Translations under genes and position numbers: made by a program
From: Nanobdellota archaeon
GTDB taxonomy: Archaea > Nanobdellota > Nanobdellia > Pacearchaeales > GW2011-AR1
Direction: 5' to 3'
DNA: 64,000 nt
Assembly: GCA_021818475.1 (NCBI GenBank)
Contig: JAKADZ010000002.1
Location: forward strand, 64,536-128,535
Notes under the pieces: model-generated
The model's input: only the letters and a program-made list of their open reading frames with translations
Databases searched by the model: none
What the model was told of the DNA's origin: nothing
In this document: one piece after another, positions 27,560-35,761 of the stretch
How positions within the stretch are numbered: the first letter of the stretch is position 1
Layout: every line of letters begins with the position of its first letter

Positions 27560-28204
27560 TTATATTTCCTCTTCCAACTTCTTAATTTTCATCCAGACTT
27601 TTTCAAACTTAGTGTTGGACTCATCAACGATTATTTTTAAAAAATTATCATCGACCAAAAGTTTTCCATCCTGAATTATTGGAAGTTCAATTTTTTCGCT
27701 TGCATTAAGTTCAACAATAAAATTTTTTTTAAGTTCAATAATTCCTGATTTTTTCCATCCCGCTAATTTTCCTTTTTCATAAATTTTTTCAGCATCTTCA
27801 AGTGTTTTGCATGCAATATGGAGAATGCACGGTTCGAATTTGAATTTAATATTTTTAATTCCCTTTTGGGTGGGCGAGCGATTTCGCGAAGGAAAGGTCA
27901 GTGACGAGTGAGCAGGGTCACGAGTTGGGTGGGAACTGGTTATAGAAATCAATTTTCCCAATTCATCTTTCAGTTCCTTAAATGAAATTTTATCGTGGGA
28001 AACAAAAACAAATAAGTTCTCTGCCTTTTTATCCTGGTCAATCATAAGTAAAACTCTTCCTGAACATGAAGAAGTGGTGTAATAATTTTCTAGAGAATTT
28101 ATCTTGTCGCATAAAGAAGAAATTTTCTCATCCCATTTTCCAATTGAAGATTTATCTTCTTTTGAGAGAATATCCTTTTTTCTCTGATTAAAATTGTCTT
28201 TCAT
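27560..28204 (-). CDS. taw3: tRNA wyosine-derivative methyltransferase Taw3/TYW3-like, carrying an in-frame repeat insertion
   Basis: NYYTTSSCSGRVLLM motif of the TYW3 family and ...FEPCILHIACKTLEDAEKIYEKGKLAGWKKSGI. Start placed at ATG 28204 (MKDNFNQRKK); the track ORF extends to 28297. Insert peptide is SHPTRDPAHSSLTFPSRNRSPTQKG. Confidence 0.75.
   Translation of the reverse strand: MKDNFNQRKKDILSKEDKSSIGKWDEKISSLCDKINSLENYYTTSSCSGRVLLMIDQDKKAENLFVFVSHDKISFKELKDELGKLISITSSHPTRDPAHSSLTFPSRNRSPTQKGIKNIKFKFEPCILHIACKTLEDAEKIYEKGKLAGWKKSGIIELKKNFIVELNASEKIELPIIQDGKLLVDDNFLKIIVDESNTKFEKVWMKIKKLEEEI
27862..27938 (+). repeat. GC-rich E module of the repeat family located inside the Taw3-like CDS
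   Basis: ccttttgggtgggcgagcgatttcgcgaaggaaaggtcagtgacgagtgagcagggtcacgagttgggtgggaact. ttgggtggg occurs at both ends (27866-27874 and 27925-27933). Confidence 0.9.
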
Positions 28205-28295
28205 AACAGAAAAATGAAAATGAAGGTTAATAAATTTATCAAGTCCTTTTTGAAGTAGAGTGTAACCAGTTGAACAAAGTTTACTTCTTAATTTC

Positions 28296-28435
28296 AATCA
28301 ATCCAAAAAATTCTGAAAGAATTTTTTGCTCTCTTTCTTTTTTGAGTAGGCAAGCGATTTCGCTAATAGAAATTAATTTCCCTTCGGGTGGGAGGGCGGG
28401 GATTAATGAGCGGGGTCGCGAATTGGGGGGAATTA
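28296..28435 (+). repeat. modular intergenic repeat, copy (D hairpin variant + E module with G-quadruplex motif)
   Basis: caaaaaattc-tgaaa-gaattttttg at 28304-28328. gtaggcaagcgatttcgct... gggtgggagggcgggg at 28386-28401. aatgagcggggtcgcgaattgggggg. Confidence 0.85.
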
Positions 28436-28509
28436 GTAATTAATATAAATTATTTTTTCTCCAATTTGGCTCGTTAGAGACGAATTGTATTAATTTAATA
28501 AATGAAAGG

Positions 28510-28537
28510 GAACGAAGTGAACTTTTGAACTTCGTTC
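28510..28537 (-). terminator. hairpin + T-rich tract just downstream of the MBL-fold gene
   Basis: gaacgaagt (28510-28518) pairs with acttcgttc (28529-28537) across a 10-nt loop. It lies 10 nt past the stop at 28548 and is followed on the minus strand by CCCUUUCAUUUAUU. Confidence 0.4.
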
Positions 28538-28547
28538 AAATAGGCAT

Positions 28548-29213
28548 TCATTTTTTCTCCAGAATTTTTGCATGAATTCCATTCTCTTCGCATAACTTCA
28601 CAAACTCTTCTGCATCTTCATTTGTTCCTATGATATTTGCATAATGCATCGGAATTGCAAGTGCAGGTTTTATCAGCTTAGCTGCTTCGGCAGCCTCTTC
28701 TGCATTCATCGTAAACTTTCCCCCTACAGGAAGAAGCGCGATAAATTGTTTATTCTGCTGATTATGTCCTGTAAGTTTCTGCATTTCAGGAATCAAATCA
28801 GTATCTCCTGCATGATAAATAATAACATCATTCATTTTGACAATATAACCAACCCATCCTTCTTCTTTAGGATGATATTGTTTGTCAAGGTTATATGCAG
28901 GCATAGTTGAAATTTTCAGTTCACCAAAACTAAGTTCCTGATTTGGCTCAACAATCTGAATATCTACCGGAACATCAAGTCGGGTAATTTTACTTTGTGA
29001 ATCCGCAGTAAGGACTATCTTGGTTCCTTTTTTAATGATATTTTTTATATCCGCAATACTGCAGTGATCATAATGACTGTGAGTAATAAGAATAATATCA
29101 GCTTTTTCAGAGTTTTCTTTTATATTAAAAGGGTCGATATAAATTATTCTGTGATTTTTTATTAAGAATCCGGAATGACCAAGCCACTGAATTTCTATTT
29201 CCCCTATGTTCAT
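28548..29213 (-). CDS. metallo-beta-lactamase-fold hydrolase (UPF0173-like)
   Basis: 221 aa. QWLGHSGF, ILITHSHYDHC (HxHxDH) and HAGDT motifs. Confidence 0.85.
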   Translation of the reverse strand: MNIGEIEIQWLGHSGFLIKNHRIIYIDPFNIKENSEKADIILITHSHYDHCSIADIKNIIKKGTKIVLTADSQSKITRLDVPVDIQIVEPNQELSFGELKISTMPAYNLDKQYHPKEEGWVGYIVKMNDVIIYHAGDTDLIPEMQKLTGHNQQNKQFIALLPVGGKFTMNAEEAAEAAKLIKPALAIPMHYANIIGTNEDAEEFVKLCEENGIHAKILEKK

Positions 29214-29257
29214 TGTAAAAATAATAAAAAATCATTTAAAAGGTTTTGGTATTCAAA

Positions 29258-30268
29258 TTATCTCTTAGATACGCTTATTCTATGTTTTGAAAAAAATCTG
29301 AATGTAAAAAATCCAAGCACAACAGCGACCAAAACTCCGGAAGAGATGAATACATTTGTTTTGTTGCTGAAGAAATTTCCAACTGCCCCGATAGGTCCTT
29401 TGATTACACTGCCAACTAAGTTAAAGAAATTTTGTTTAGATTGAGTTTGGGTTTCATTTACGATAGGAGAAGTGCAGGCTTGTGAAGTTTCAGGCATTCC
29501 TTCCTGAATTCCGCAATTATTTGAATCTGTACATGCCCTAACCTGAGTCCCGTTAATACATTCCTGCCAGTCACCACAATTCCAGTTAGGAGAACATGTG
29601 GGAGTTTGCTGAATTGCATCCGCAGTTGCTGTAGTTGAAGTGGTATCAGGAGTAGTAGTTGCACTTACACATTCATGAATTATTGAAGGTTCTGTTAAAG
29701 TAGTCCCGCAGGAATTTGAATCAGTACAGGTTCTTGTTTTATTGCCGTTTGTACAATCAGTCCAGTCCGTGCATGTCCAGTTTTCAACACAAGCAGAAGT
29801 GCAAGTCTGGCTTAACACAGGTTCATCATTTGTGGTCCCGCAGGAATTTGAATCAGTACAGGTTCTTGTCTGAGTTCCATCCGTGCAGTCAGTCCAGTCC
29901 GTGCATGCCCAGTTTTCAGCACAGGTTACAGTGGAATTTGTAGTATCTGTTGAATTTGTAACTGTGGAATTTAAATCAGTAGAATTAGTAATTGTGGAAT
30001 TTGTAGTATCTGTTGAATTTGTAACTGTGGAATTTAAATCAGTAGAATTAGTAATTGTGGAATTTGTAGTAGTTGAAGCTGATGCTACAGATAAATCAAC
30101 ACAAGTGTTATTGACCCATGAATAATTAGCTGCCTCGCATGAAGTCTGATTAGTGTAATCTGAAACTGCATAACCGGTAAACTTAAAATTAGACTGAAGA
30201 ATAATAACTCCGATAGCAAAAGCGAGTAGGATCAGAATTCCAAATTCATGTGCAAACCTCTTTTTCAT
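29258..30268 (-). CDS. secreted/membrane-anchored Cys-repeat surface protein rich in N-glycosylation sequons
   Basis: 336 aa. N-terminal signal/TM and C-terminal TM. Three copies of C-x-ENW-x-C-TDW-TDC-x-G-x-x-TRTCTDSNSCGT. Tandem NST-rich segment (TNSTITNSTDLNSTVTNSTDT, two copies). Confidence 0.75.
   Translation of the reverse strand: MKKRFAHEFGILILLAFAIGVIILQSNFKFTGYAVSDYTNQTSCEAANYSWVNNTCVDLSVASASTTTNSTITNSTDLNSTVTNSTDTTNSTITNSTDLNSTVTNSTDTTNSTVTCAENWACTDWTDCTDGTQTRTCTDSNSCGTTNDEPVLSQTCTSACVENWTCTDWTDCTNGNKTRTCTDSNSCGTTLTEPSIIHECVSATTTPDTTSTTATADAIQQTPTCSPNWNCGDWQECINGTQVRACTDSNNCGIQEGMPETSQACTSPIVNETQTQSKQNFFNLVGSVIKGPIGAVGNFFSNKTNVFISSGVLVAVVLGFFTFRFFSKHRISVSKR
29931..30071. repeat. 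perfect 63-bp tandem duplication (2.2 copies) inside the surface-protein gene
   Basis: 29931-29993 is identical to 29994-30056, followed by a partial third copy. The unit is a multiple of 3 and encodes 21 aa of N-x-T sequons. Confidence 0.95.
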
Positions 30269-30329
30269 ACGAATTAAAGAAAAAAACTATTTAAATATTT
30301 ATCGAAATTATTTATCTAAAAAGATAAGA

Positions 30330-32498
30330 TTATCTTTTCCTTTTCATTTCCCTTCTAATCTTCCTCTTATTTTTTCTTATTTCTTTTCTCTGCTTTCTAC
30401 TTAGTCCATTCTTAGCTCTTCTGTTATGAATAACTCTGATTAAAACAATTGCAAAAATTCCTGTTAAAATTGTTCCTATTAAGAATTTGAACTGTCCTGA
30501 TTTGTAAAATGAAACTGTGCATTTCCCATTGTCGCATGTGTCTGAGCAGTGGTCTGTTACAAGCCATGTTGCATTTCCTAAACATAATTGAACATTATTG
30601 TCCGCGCATCTTGCAGAATTTGGAAGGCAGTCATATTTGTTGAAGAAAATTGCGAAAGTCGAAAATCCAGGAGTTGAAGATTTGAAGTAATAAGCGTTGT
30701 CATCTTCGCCTGTATAATTTGTAATTAAAGGCGCCCAGCTTGAAGTTCCTGTCGGCATTCTGTAAACTGCAATATTTCCGACGATATCATTTTGCAAGAG
30801 CCAGTATCTGTTCGCTTTATGATGAAAAGTGATATTATTTTCTGCAAGGAAAGTTTTGTTTATTTTGAAATCTAAAGTTGCATTTAAAATGTCATTATAT
30901 TGAATTCCTAATGGTTCAATCTGAAATAACTGATACAATTTCCCTATAGGTAATCCGAATAATAAAAATTCAGTCTGGTCAACTTTAGTAATATTCATTG
31001 ATGCATTTTCAACAGACTTTTTCAGAATTAAAGTTATTCCTGTCAAATCCATTTTTGTATTATTTAATGTTATCTGAACAGGTTCTGAAGGAGCTACATT
31101 CATAATAGGTTTTGAAATTGTAACGCTTCCTCCACCGCCACCCCCACTCGGAGATTGAGGCGGAGCTACATGCCCCCCAGTAGAACAAGTTTGGGTTTCT
31201 GCAGGCTTGCCTGCAGTTGTTCCACAAGCATTTGCGTCAGTGCATGTTCTTGTTTGAATTCCTCCAGAACAATCTGACCAAGCAGAACAACCCCACGATT
31301 CAAAGCAGGGGTTTTGCAGGCTGATATTTGAAGCATTTAACTGATAAATGGTATCTCCTCCAAACATAATATTAAGTACTCCCGCATAAACATATCCTCC
31401 CCCAATAGAGATAGAGTTTCCATGACCTGTAGTGGTGTAATTTGCGATTTGCTGTGAAACATTTGAAGCATTTAACTGATAAATTTCATATGGGCCATTA
31501 TCACTACTAAAATAAACGTAGCCGTTTGAAACTGCTGGAGAAGAAGTTGAAAAACCGCTAATATTTGCGATTTGCTGTGAAACATTTGAAGCATTTAACT
31601 GATAAAAGTCATTGTAGTCTCCAATGTAAACGTAGCCGTTTGAAACTGCGGGGGAATAACTCAGACTGGCTCCAGAAGAATAATTTGCGATTTGCTGTGA
31701 AACATTTGAAGCATTTAACTGATAAAGATTATCTGCCCCTACATAAACGTAGCCGTTTGAAACTGCTGGAGAAGAAGGAACAGTATAAAGAGGTATCAAA
31801 TAATTTGCGATTTGCTGTGAAACATTTGAAGCATTTAACTGATAAATTATATATTTTACTGCTCCCTTAAGAGAACTAGAGACAGTAAAATAAACATAGC
31901 CGTTTGAAACTGCTGGAGAAGAAAATGTTTTTCCCCCAGTTGAAAAACTATTTACCATTTGTGAGATATTTGAAGCATTTAACTGATAAAAATTAAAATT
32001 AACAGAATCTCCAACATAAACATAGCCGTTTGAAACTGCTGGAGAATCAAAAGTATCAATTCCCCCAGAATAATTTGCGATTTGCTGTGAAACATTTGAA
32101 GCATTTAACTGATAAAGACCGTTAGAACCAAAGTATAAAAAACCATTTGCAATAACCGGAGAGGAGGAACATACAGCAGAATAATTTGCGATTTGCTGTG
32201 AAACATTTGAAGCATTTAACTGATAAAGATTATCTGCCCCTACATAAACGTAGCCGTTTGAAATTATAGATGGAGAAGGTATACTTGCTAAGGGATTAAA
32301 GGGAGTAGTAAAATTTGCATTGTTTAAATTAGGAATTACTGTAAAATTCTGCCCATCCCAAAAACTATGACCTAAAGTTCTTCCAAACATTAACCATTCA
32401 CTTGTCGAAGAAGAATCTGAACCCTGACTGGAAATAAATAAAATTAAAAATAATAAACATAATGCAAAAATAAAAAAAATAATCCCCTCTTTTTTCAT
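30330..32498 (-). CDS. large surface protein with ~10 PQQ-like beta-propeller repeats, one Cys-repeat module, C-terminal TM and basic tail
   Basis: 722 aa with a signal peptide. Repeats are of the form SPAVSNGYVYVG...YQLNASNVSQQIANYS. Also CFESWGCSAWSDCSGGIQTRTCTDANACGT, a Gly-rich linker, a TM helix and RRAKNGLSRKQRKEIRKNKRKIRREMKRKR. Confidence 0.8.
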   Translation of the reverse strand: MKKEGIIFFIFALCLLFLILFISSQGSDSSSTSEWLMFGRTLGHSFWDGQNFTVIPNLNNANFTTPFNPLASIPSPSIISNGYVYVGADNLYQLNASNVSQQIANYSAVCSSSPVIANGFLYFGSNGLYQLNASNVSQQIANYSGGIDTFDSPAVSNGYVYVGDSVNFNFYQLNASNISQMVNSFSTGGKTFSSPAVSNGYVYFTVSSSLKGAVKYIIYQLNASNVSQQIANYLIPLYTVPSSPAVSNGYVYVGADNLYQLNASNVSQQIANYSSGASLSYSPAVSNGYVYIGDYNDFYQLNASNVSQQIANISGFSTSSPAVSNGYVYFSSDNGPYEIYQLNASNVSQQIANYTTTGHGNSISIGGGYVYAGVLNIMFGGDTIYQLNASNISLQNPCFESWGCSAWSDCSGGIQTRTCTDANACGTTAGKPAETQTCSTGGHVAPPQSPSGGGGGGSVTISKPIMNVAPSEPVQITLNNTKMDLTGITLILKKSVENASMNITKVDQTEFLLFGLPIGKLYQLFQIEPLGIQYNDILNATLDFKINKTFLAENNITFHHKANRYWLLQNDIVGNIAVYRMPTGTSSWAPLITNYTGEDDNAYYFKSSTPGFSTFAIFFNKYDCLPNSARCADNNVQLCLGNATWLVTDHCSDTCDNGKCTVSFYKSGQFKFLIGTILTGIFAIVLIRVIHNRRAKNGLSRKQRKEIRKNKRKIRREMKRKR
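31321..32270. repeat. array of near-identical intragenic repeats (44-nt perfect core, 6 full + 2 partial copies)
   Basis: atttgcgatttgctgtgaaacatttgaagcatttaactgataaa occurs at 31440, 31563, 31683, 31803, 32073 and 32184. Partial copies lie at 31324 and 31957. Confidence 0.95.
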
Positions 32499-32531
32499 AA
32501 ATATTTAAGTTTAAATCAATTTAAAAATTGT

Positions 32532-33563
32532 TCATTTTCCAAGAATATTTTCCTTAAATTTCTCAAAATCTTTTTTCATAAATCTTGCTCCCGAAGCCCT
32601 TGGATGTCCTCCGCCATTTGCATTCTCAAGACCTTCAATTCCTTTTTTCATCAAAACATTCATGTCTTCCTTACCCCCATTACTTCTTGAGCTGACTTTG
32701 TAATAATCAGGATTATCCAGCTGCGGGGAAACAAATATAAAACTTTTGTCAGGCTGCTCTAAAGAAAGTATAGTGGTTACAATGGAAGTGACCCCATATT
32801 TTGGGGTAGCAAAATAAAAATAAAGATTTTTTTCCGGATAATATTCTGCATCTTTTCTGAAAGAGTCAACAAATTTTGCAATTTCAGAATCAATAATCTT
32901 CCGGTATTTTCCAAAACTTCTTAATTTATTCTTTTTTATAAGATTAAAGATTTTCTTTTCTTTACCTGCAAAATAAACCAAAGAAGAGGAAATATTCTTT
33001 GACCATTCTCCTGGTTCAGAATCGTGAATATTTTCTTTAGTCACATTTGGATAATGTTGCTGAATAAATCTAAAGTTAAATTCATCATTAAAAGAAAATT
33101 CAGAAACCATTGTGGCGCAGACAAGCCATTCCAGTCTGCTTAAATCATATATTTCTTTAGACAAGTCATAAATTGTAAACGCTGCACAATCTGGAGTTTT
33201 TGTTTTTATAATATTCTTCCCTTTTATTTCATAAGGATGATGATCAATTAAGAAAGTATCAAATTTTTTTCTTAATTCCTCAAAGCCAGCCATATCAGAA
33301 TTTACACTCAAGTCGCAAAGAATAACTTTATTGATTTTTTTTCTGGATAATTCTGGAAAAAGTTCTTCAAATAATCCAACTTTAAGCTGGACAAATTTCA
33401 AATCTTTGATTTTTCTTTTTTTATAATGTAATAATTTATCAAGAAGAACTGCAGATGCAACACCATCTAAATCATTATGGGCCAATACAGCAATTTTGTC
33501 TGTTTTTTTTATCCCATTAATATAATCCAAAAATTCTTTCTTGCTTCCTATTGAATATTCCAA
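32532..33563 (-). CDS. DHH/DHHA1 phosphoesterase (RecJ/NrnA-like)
   Basis: Motifs AHNDLDGVASA, FLIDHHP and GGGHPRASG. The longest ORF starts at TTG 33653 but overlaps gatA by 89 nt. I prefer TTG 33563, 1 nt after the gatA stop and behind aaggag. The start is uncertain. Confidence 0.75.
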   Translation of the reverse strand: MEYSIGSKKEFLDYINGIKKTDKIAVLAHNDLDGVASAVLLDKLLHYKKRKIKDLKFVQLKVGLFEELFPELSRKKINKVILCDLSVNSDMAGFEELRKKFDTFLIDHHPYEIKGKNIIKTKTPDCAAFTIYDLSKEIYDLSRLEWLVCATMVSEFSFNDEFNFRFIQQHYPNVTKENIHDSEPGEWSKNISSSLVYFAGKEKKIFNLIKKNKLRSFGKYRKIIDSEIAKFVDSFRKDAEYYPEKNLYFYFATPKYGVTSIVTTILSLEQPDKSFIFVSPQLDNPDYYKVSSRSNGGKEDMNVLMKKGIEGLENANGGGHPRASGARFMKKDFEKFKENILGK

Positions 33564-33564
33564 T

Positions 33565-34947
33565 TTATTCTCCTTTTCGACGACTTCCTGCCGTCGGGTT
33601 GCTGGAGTTGGGAAGAACCCGCTGGAGGTTAACCTTTTCAAAGCTTCTTGCAATCTGAAATAATTTTTGTTCGTTTAATTTTTCACAGATAATCTGCATT
33701 CCTATGGGGATTTTATCAATTTCCCCCGCAGGTATGCTGATAGCACAGTCCCCTGATAAATTAATGGGGGAAGTTAATGCATCATATTGGAACATTTCCT
33801 CAATTGAAATTTTCTCTCCGATTTTATGGGGAAGCCTTGGAACAGTCGGGCAGATTAAACAATCAAACTTCCTGAAAGTTTTTTTGAATTCTTCCTCAAT
33901 TAACTTCCTTGCTTTCAGAGCAAGATGATAATATCTTCCTGCATGTTCTGCCTTGCTTATTTCACTTCCACCCAAAATTCTTCTCAAAACTTCAGGTCCG
34001 CATGCTTCTTCAATTTTTTTCCCGAATCTTCTGCCATCAAGTCTTCTTGTACATGAAAAAAATTCAGTATAAACAATTGGAAAATAAGTTGCAACAGCAA
34101 AATCGATGTATTCTAATTTTATTTTTTCCGATTTCCACTTATATTTTTTAACAGTTTCCTCAATTTTTTTGTCAATTAAATTCTGAATTCGCAGGTCATT
34201 TATTTTAAAATCCAAAATTCCTATTTTAATATCTCGCGGAACTTCTTCAACTTCTTTGAGATTAATATTACTGCCCAAACTAATTGCATCTTTTTCATCT
34301 TTTCCTTTGATAATATCGAATAAAAGTGCGGCATCAGAAACATTTTTTGCAATCGGCCCGACCTGATCTAAACTCATGCTCATGTCAATTAAACCGTATC
34401 TTGAAACACTCCCGTAGCTTGGTTTTAATCCTACAACTCCGCAATGAGATGCAGGAACTCTTATGCTTCCGCCGGTATCGCTTCCTAAGGACATATCGCA
34501 AAAATCTGCAGAAACACTCGCGCAGCTTCCGGATGAACTTCCTCCCGCAACTAGTCCTAATGATTTTGGATTATTCGTCGCACCAAACGCAGAAGTTTCT
34601 CCGCTCCAGCCGCATGCAAATTCATCGCAGTTTGCCATTCCGATAATTAATCCGTCTTCCTCTTTTATTTTTTTTATAACTTCTGCATCGTAAGGAGATT
34701 TATAATTTTCCAAAACTTTGCTTCCGCATGATGCATGCAATCCAAGAACATTTATGTTAGCTTTAACAGCAATTATTTTTCCTGCAAGTTTTCCCGCTTT
34801 CTTTTTCTTGATTTTCTCATCAATCAGCTTCGCTTCTTCCATCGCATTAGGATTTATCTCAAGAATTGCATTTATTCTGTTTCCGCTTTTATTATGCATT
34901 TCAATCTGATTCAAGTATGTTTGAAGTCGTTCTTGTGTCGTTACCAT
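33565..34947 (-). CDS. gatA: Asp/Glu-tRNA amidotransferase subunit A
   Basis: 460 aa with the amidase signature (GGSSSGSCASV, ANCDEFACG, GSDTGGSIRVPAS). Confidence 0.92.
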   Translation of the reverse strand: MVTTQERLQTYLNQIEMHNKSGNRINAILEINPNAMEEAKLIDEKIKKKKAGKLAGKIIAVKANINVLGLHASCGSKVLENYKSPYDAEVIKKIKEEDGLIIGMANCDEFACGWSGETSAFGATNNPKSLGLVAGGSSSGSCASVSADFCDMSLGSDTGGSIRVPASHCGVVGLKPSYGSVSRYGLIDMSMSLDQVGPIAKNVSDAALLFDIIKGKDEKDAISLGSNINLKEVEEVPRDIKIGILDFKINDLRIQNLIDKKIEETVKKYKWKSEKIKLEYIDFAVATYFPIVYTEFFSCTRRLDGRRFGKKIEEACGPEVLRRILGGSEISKAEHAGRYYHLALKARKLIEEEFKKTFRKFDCLICPTVPRLPHKIGEKISIEEMFQYDALTSPINLSGDCAISIPAGEIDKIPIGMQIICEKLNEQKLFQIARSFEKVNLQRVLPNSSNPTAGSRRKGE

Positions 34948-35312
34948 TTCTTTTTCTCCGCAATTATAAAATCTTTATTTGCTTCTGGTGCATTTTCAAA
35001 CATTATTCTCTTGTCAAGTTCGCAGATTTTTGAAGTTTCGCGAATAGAATTATTTCCCCGTTGGGTGGGCGAGCGATTTCGCGAAGTTGAGGTCAGTGTT
35101 ATGTGAGCGGGGTCGGGAGTTGGGTGGGAATTAATGAGCGAAACAGAATTTTCTTCCCTTTCAAATTTTTCCCGTTCAATTGAATTATCAACTTCAATCT
35201 TTTGTTTAATCTGAGAAAGTTTCTTGGAGAAAGAATCAATTATAGAATCAACCTGTTTCTTTACTTCTTCCTTTTCTTTATCAGACATTTGTCGCCATAA
35301 AAAATCATCCAT
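34941..35312 (-). CDS. gatC: GatC-like amidotransferase subunit C carrying an in-frame repeat insertion
   Basis: Overlaps the gatA start by 7 nt. The C-terminus ...RIMFENAPEANKDFIIAEKK resembles the GatC L-x-N-A-P...F-x-V-P tail. Insert peptide is SHPTPDPAHITLTSTSRNRSPTQRG. Confidence 0.55.
   Translation of the reverse strand: MDDFLWRQMSDKEKEEVKKQVDSIIDSFSKKLSQIKQKIEVDNSIEREKFEREENSVSLINSHPTPDPAHITLTSTSRNRSPTQRGNNSIRETSKICELDKRIMFENAPEANKDFIIAEKKKW
35055..35140 (+). repeat. GC-rich E module of the repeat family located inside the GatC-like CDS
   Basis: tccccgttgggtgggcgagcgatttcgcgaagttgaggtcagtgttatgtgagcggggtcgggagttgggtgggaattaatgagcg. ttgggtggg occurs at 35061-35069 and 35120-35128, the same 59-nt spacing as in the Taw3 copy. 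Confidence 0.9.
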
Positions 35313-35342
35313 ATTAAACTAAATAATAAAGGGTATAAAAAA

Positions 35343-35699
35343 TTAGTTATTTGCAATATGTCTTCTTATATCTTCCTCGTTATGTTCTTTTTTCACGCCA
35401 AAAACTGCTTCAAATAATTCCCCATTCTTTTTTCCGTCACTATAAGATTCTGCAAATTTCTTCCCGTATTTCTGAATAAATTCCATAAAAGCTCTTTCCT
35501 TGCCGATATCAAAACCCAGTCTTTTTGATTCCATAAATTTGTAATCATAAATTAAAATCATCTGCTCTGCCATACGGTCATCAATTTGAATGTAGGGAAT
35601 TAATTCTCGAAGAATGCACCAGTTCCCCCCATTACAGCTTCCATCATTCATGCATGAAGCATCTTTCAATAAATCTTCCAATATCTCTTTATGTATCAT
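35343..35699 (-). CDS. hypothetical protein (118 aa, Cys-containing N-terminus)
   Basis: ORF only. No motif recognised. Confidence 0.5.
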   Translation of the reverse strand: MIHKEILEDLLKDASCMNDGSCNGGNWCILRELIPYIQIDDRMAEQMILIYDYKFMESKRLGFDIGKERAFMEFIQKYGKKFAESYSDGKKNGELFEAVFGVKKEHNEEDIRRHIANN

Positions 35700-35761
35700 A
35701 AAATAATTTAATGCTAAAAACTATTTAAATGTTATTATTCTAGAGTAGTTATATCATAGAA

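Noticed and set aside
27862-27938. Hypothesis that the in-frame GC-rich inserts in Taw3 and GatC are archaeal bulge-helix-bulge introns removed from the mRNA.
   Set aside because: The two ends of the insert are direct repeats (CCCACCCAA), not complementary. I could not draw a BHB helix, and the 59-nt repeat period is not a multiple of 3. This is not formally excluded without RNA data.
29258-32498. Possible diversity-generating retroelement targeting the surface proteins (DGRs are known in DPANN archaea).
   Set aside because: There is no reverse transcriptase ORF in the window. Differences between repeat copies are not restricted to adenine positions, and no template/variable repeat pair is evident.
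33565-33653. 89-nt overlap between gatA and the longest version of the DHH phosphoesterase ORF.
   Set aside because: The long version starts at a TTG with no support. A TTG 1 nt after the gatA stop, behind aaggag, gives a normal N-terminal length before the DHH motif, so the overlap is probably an ORF-calling artefact.
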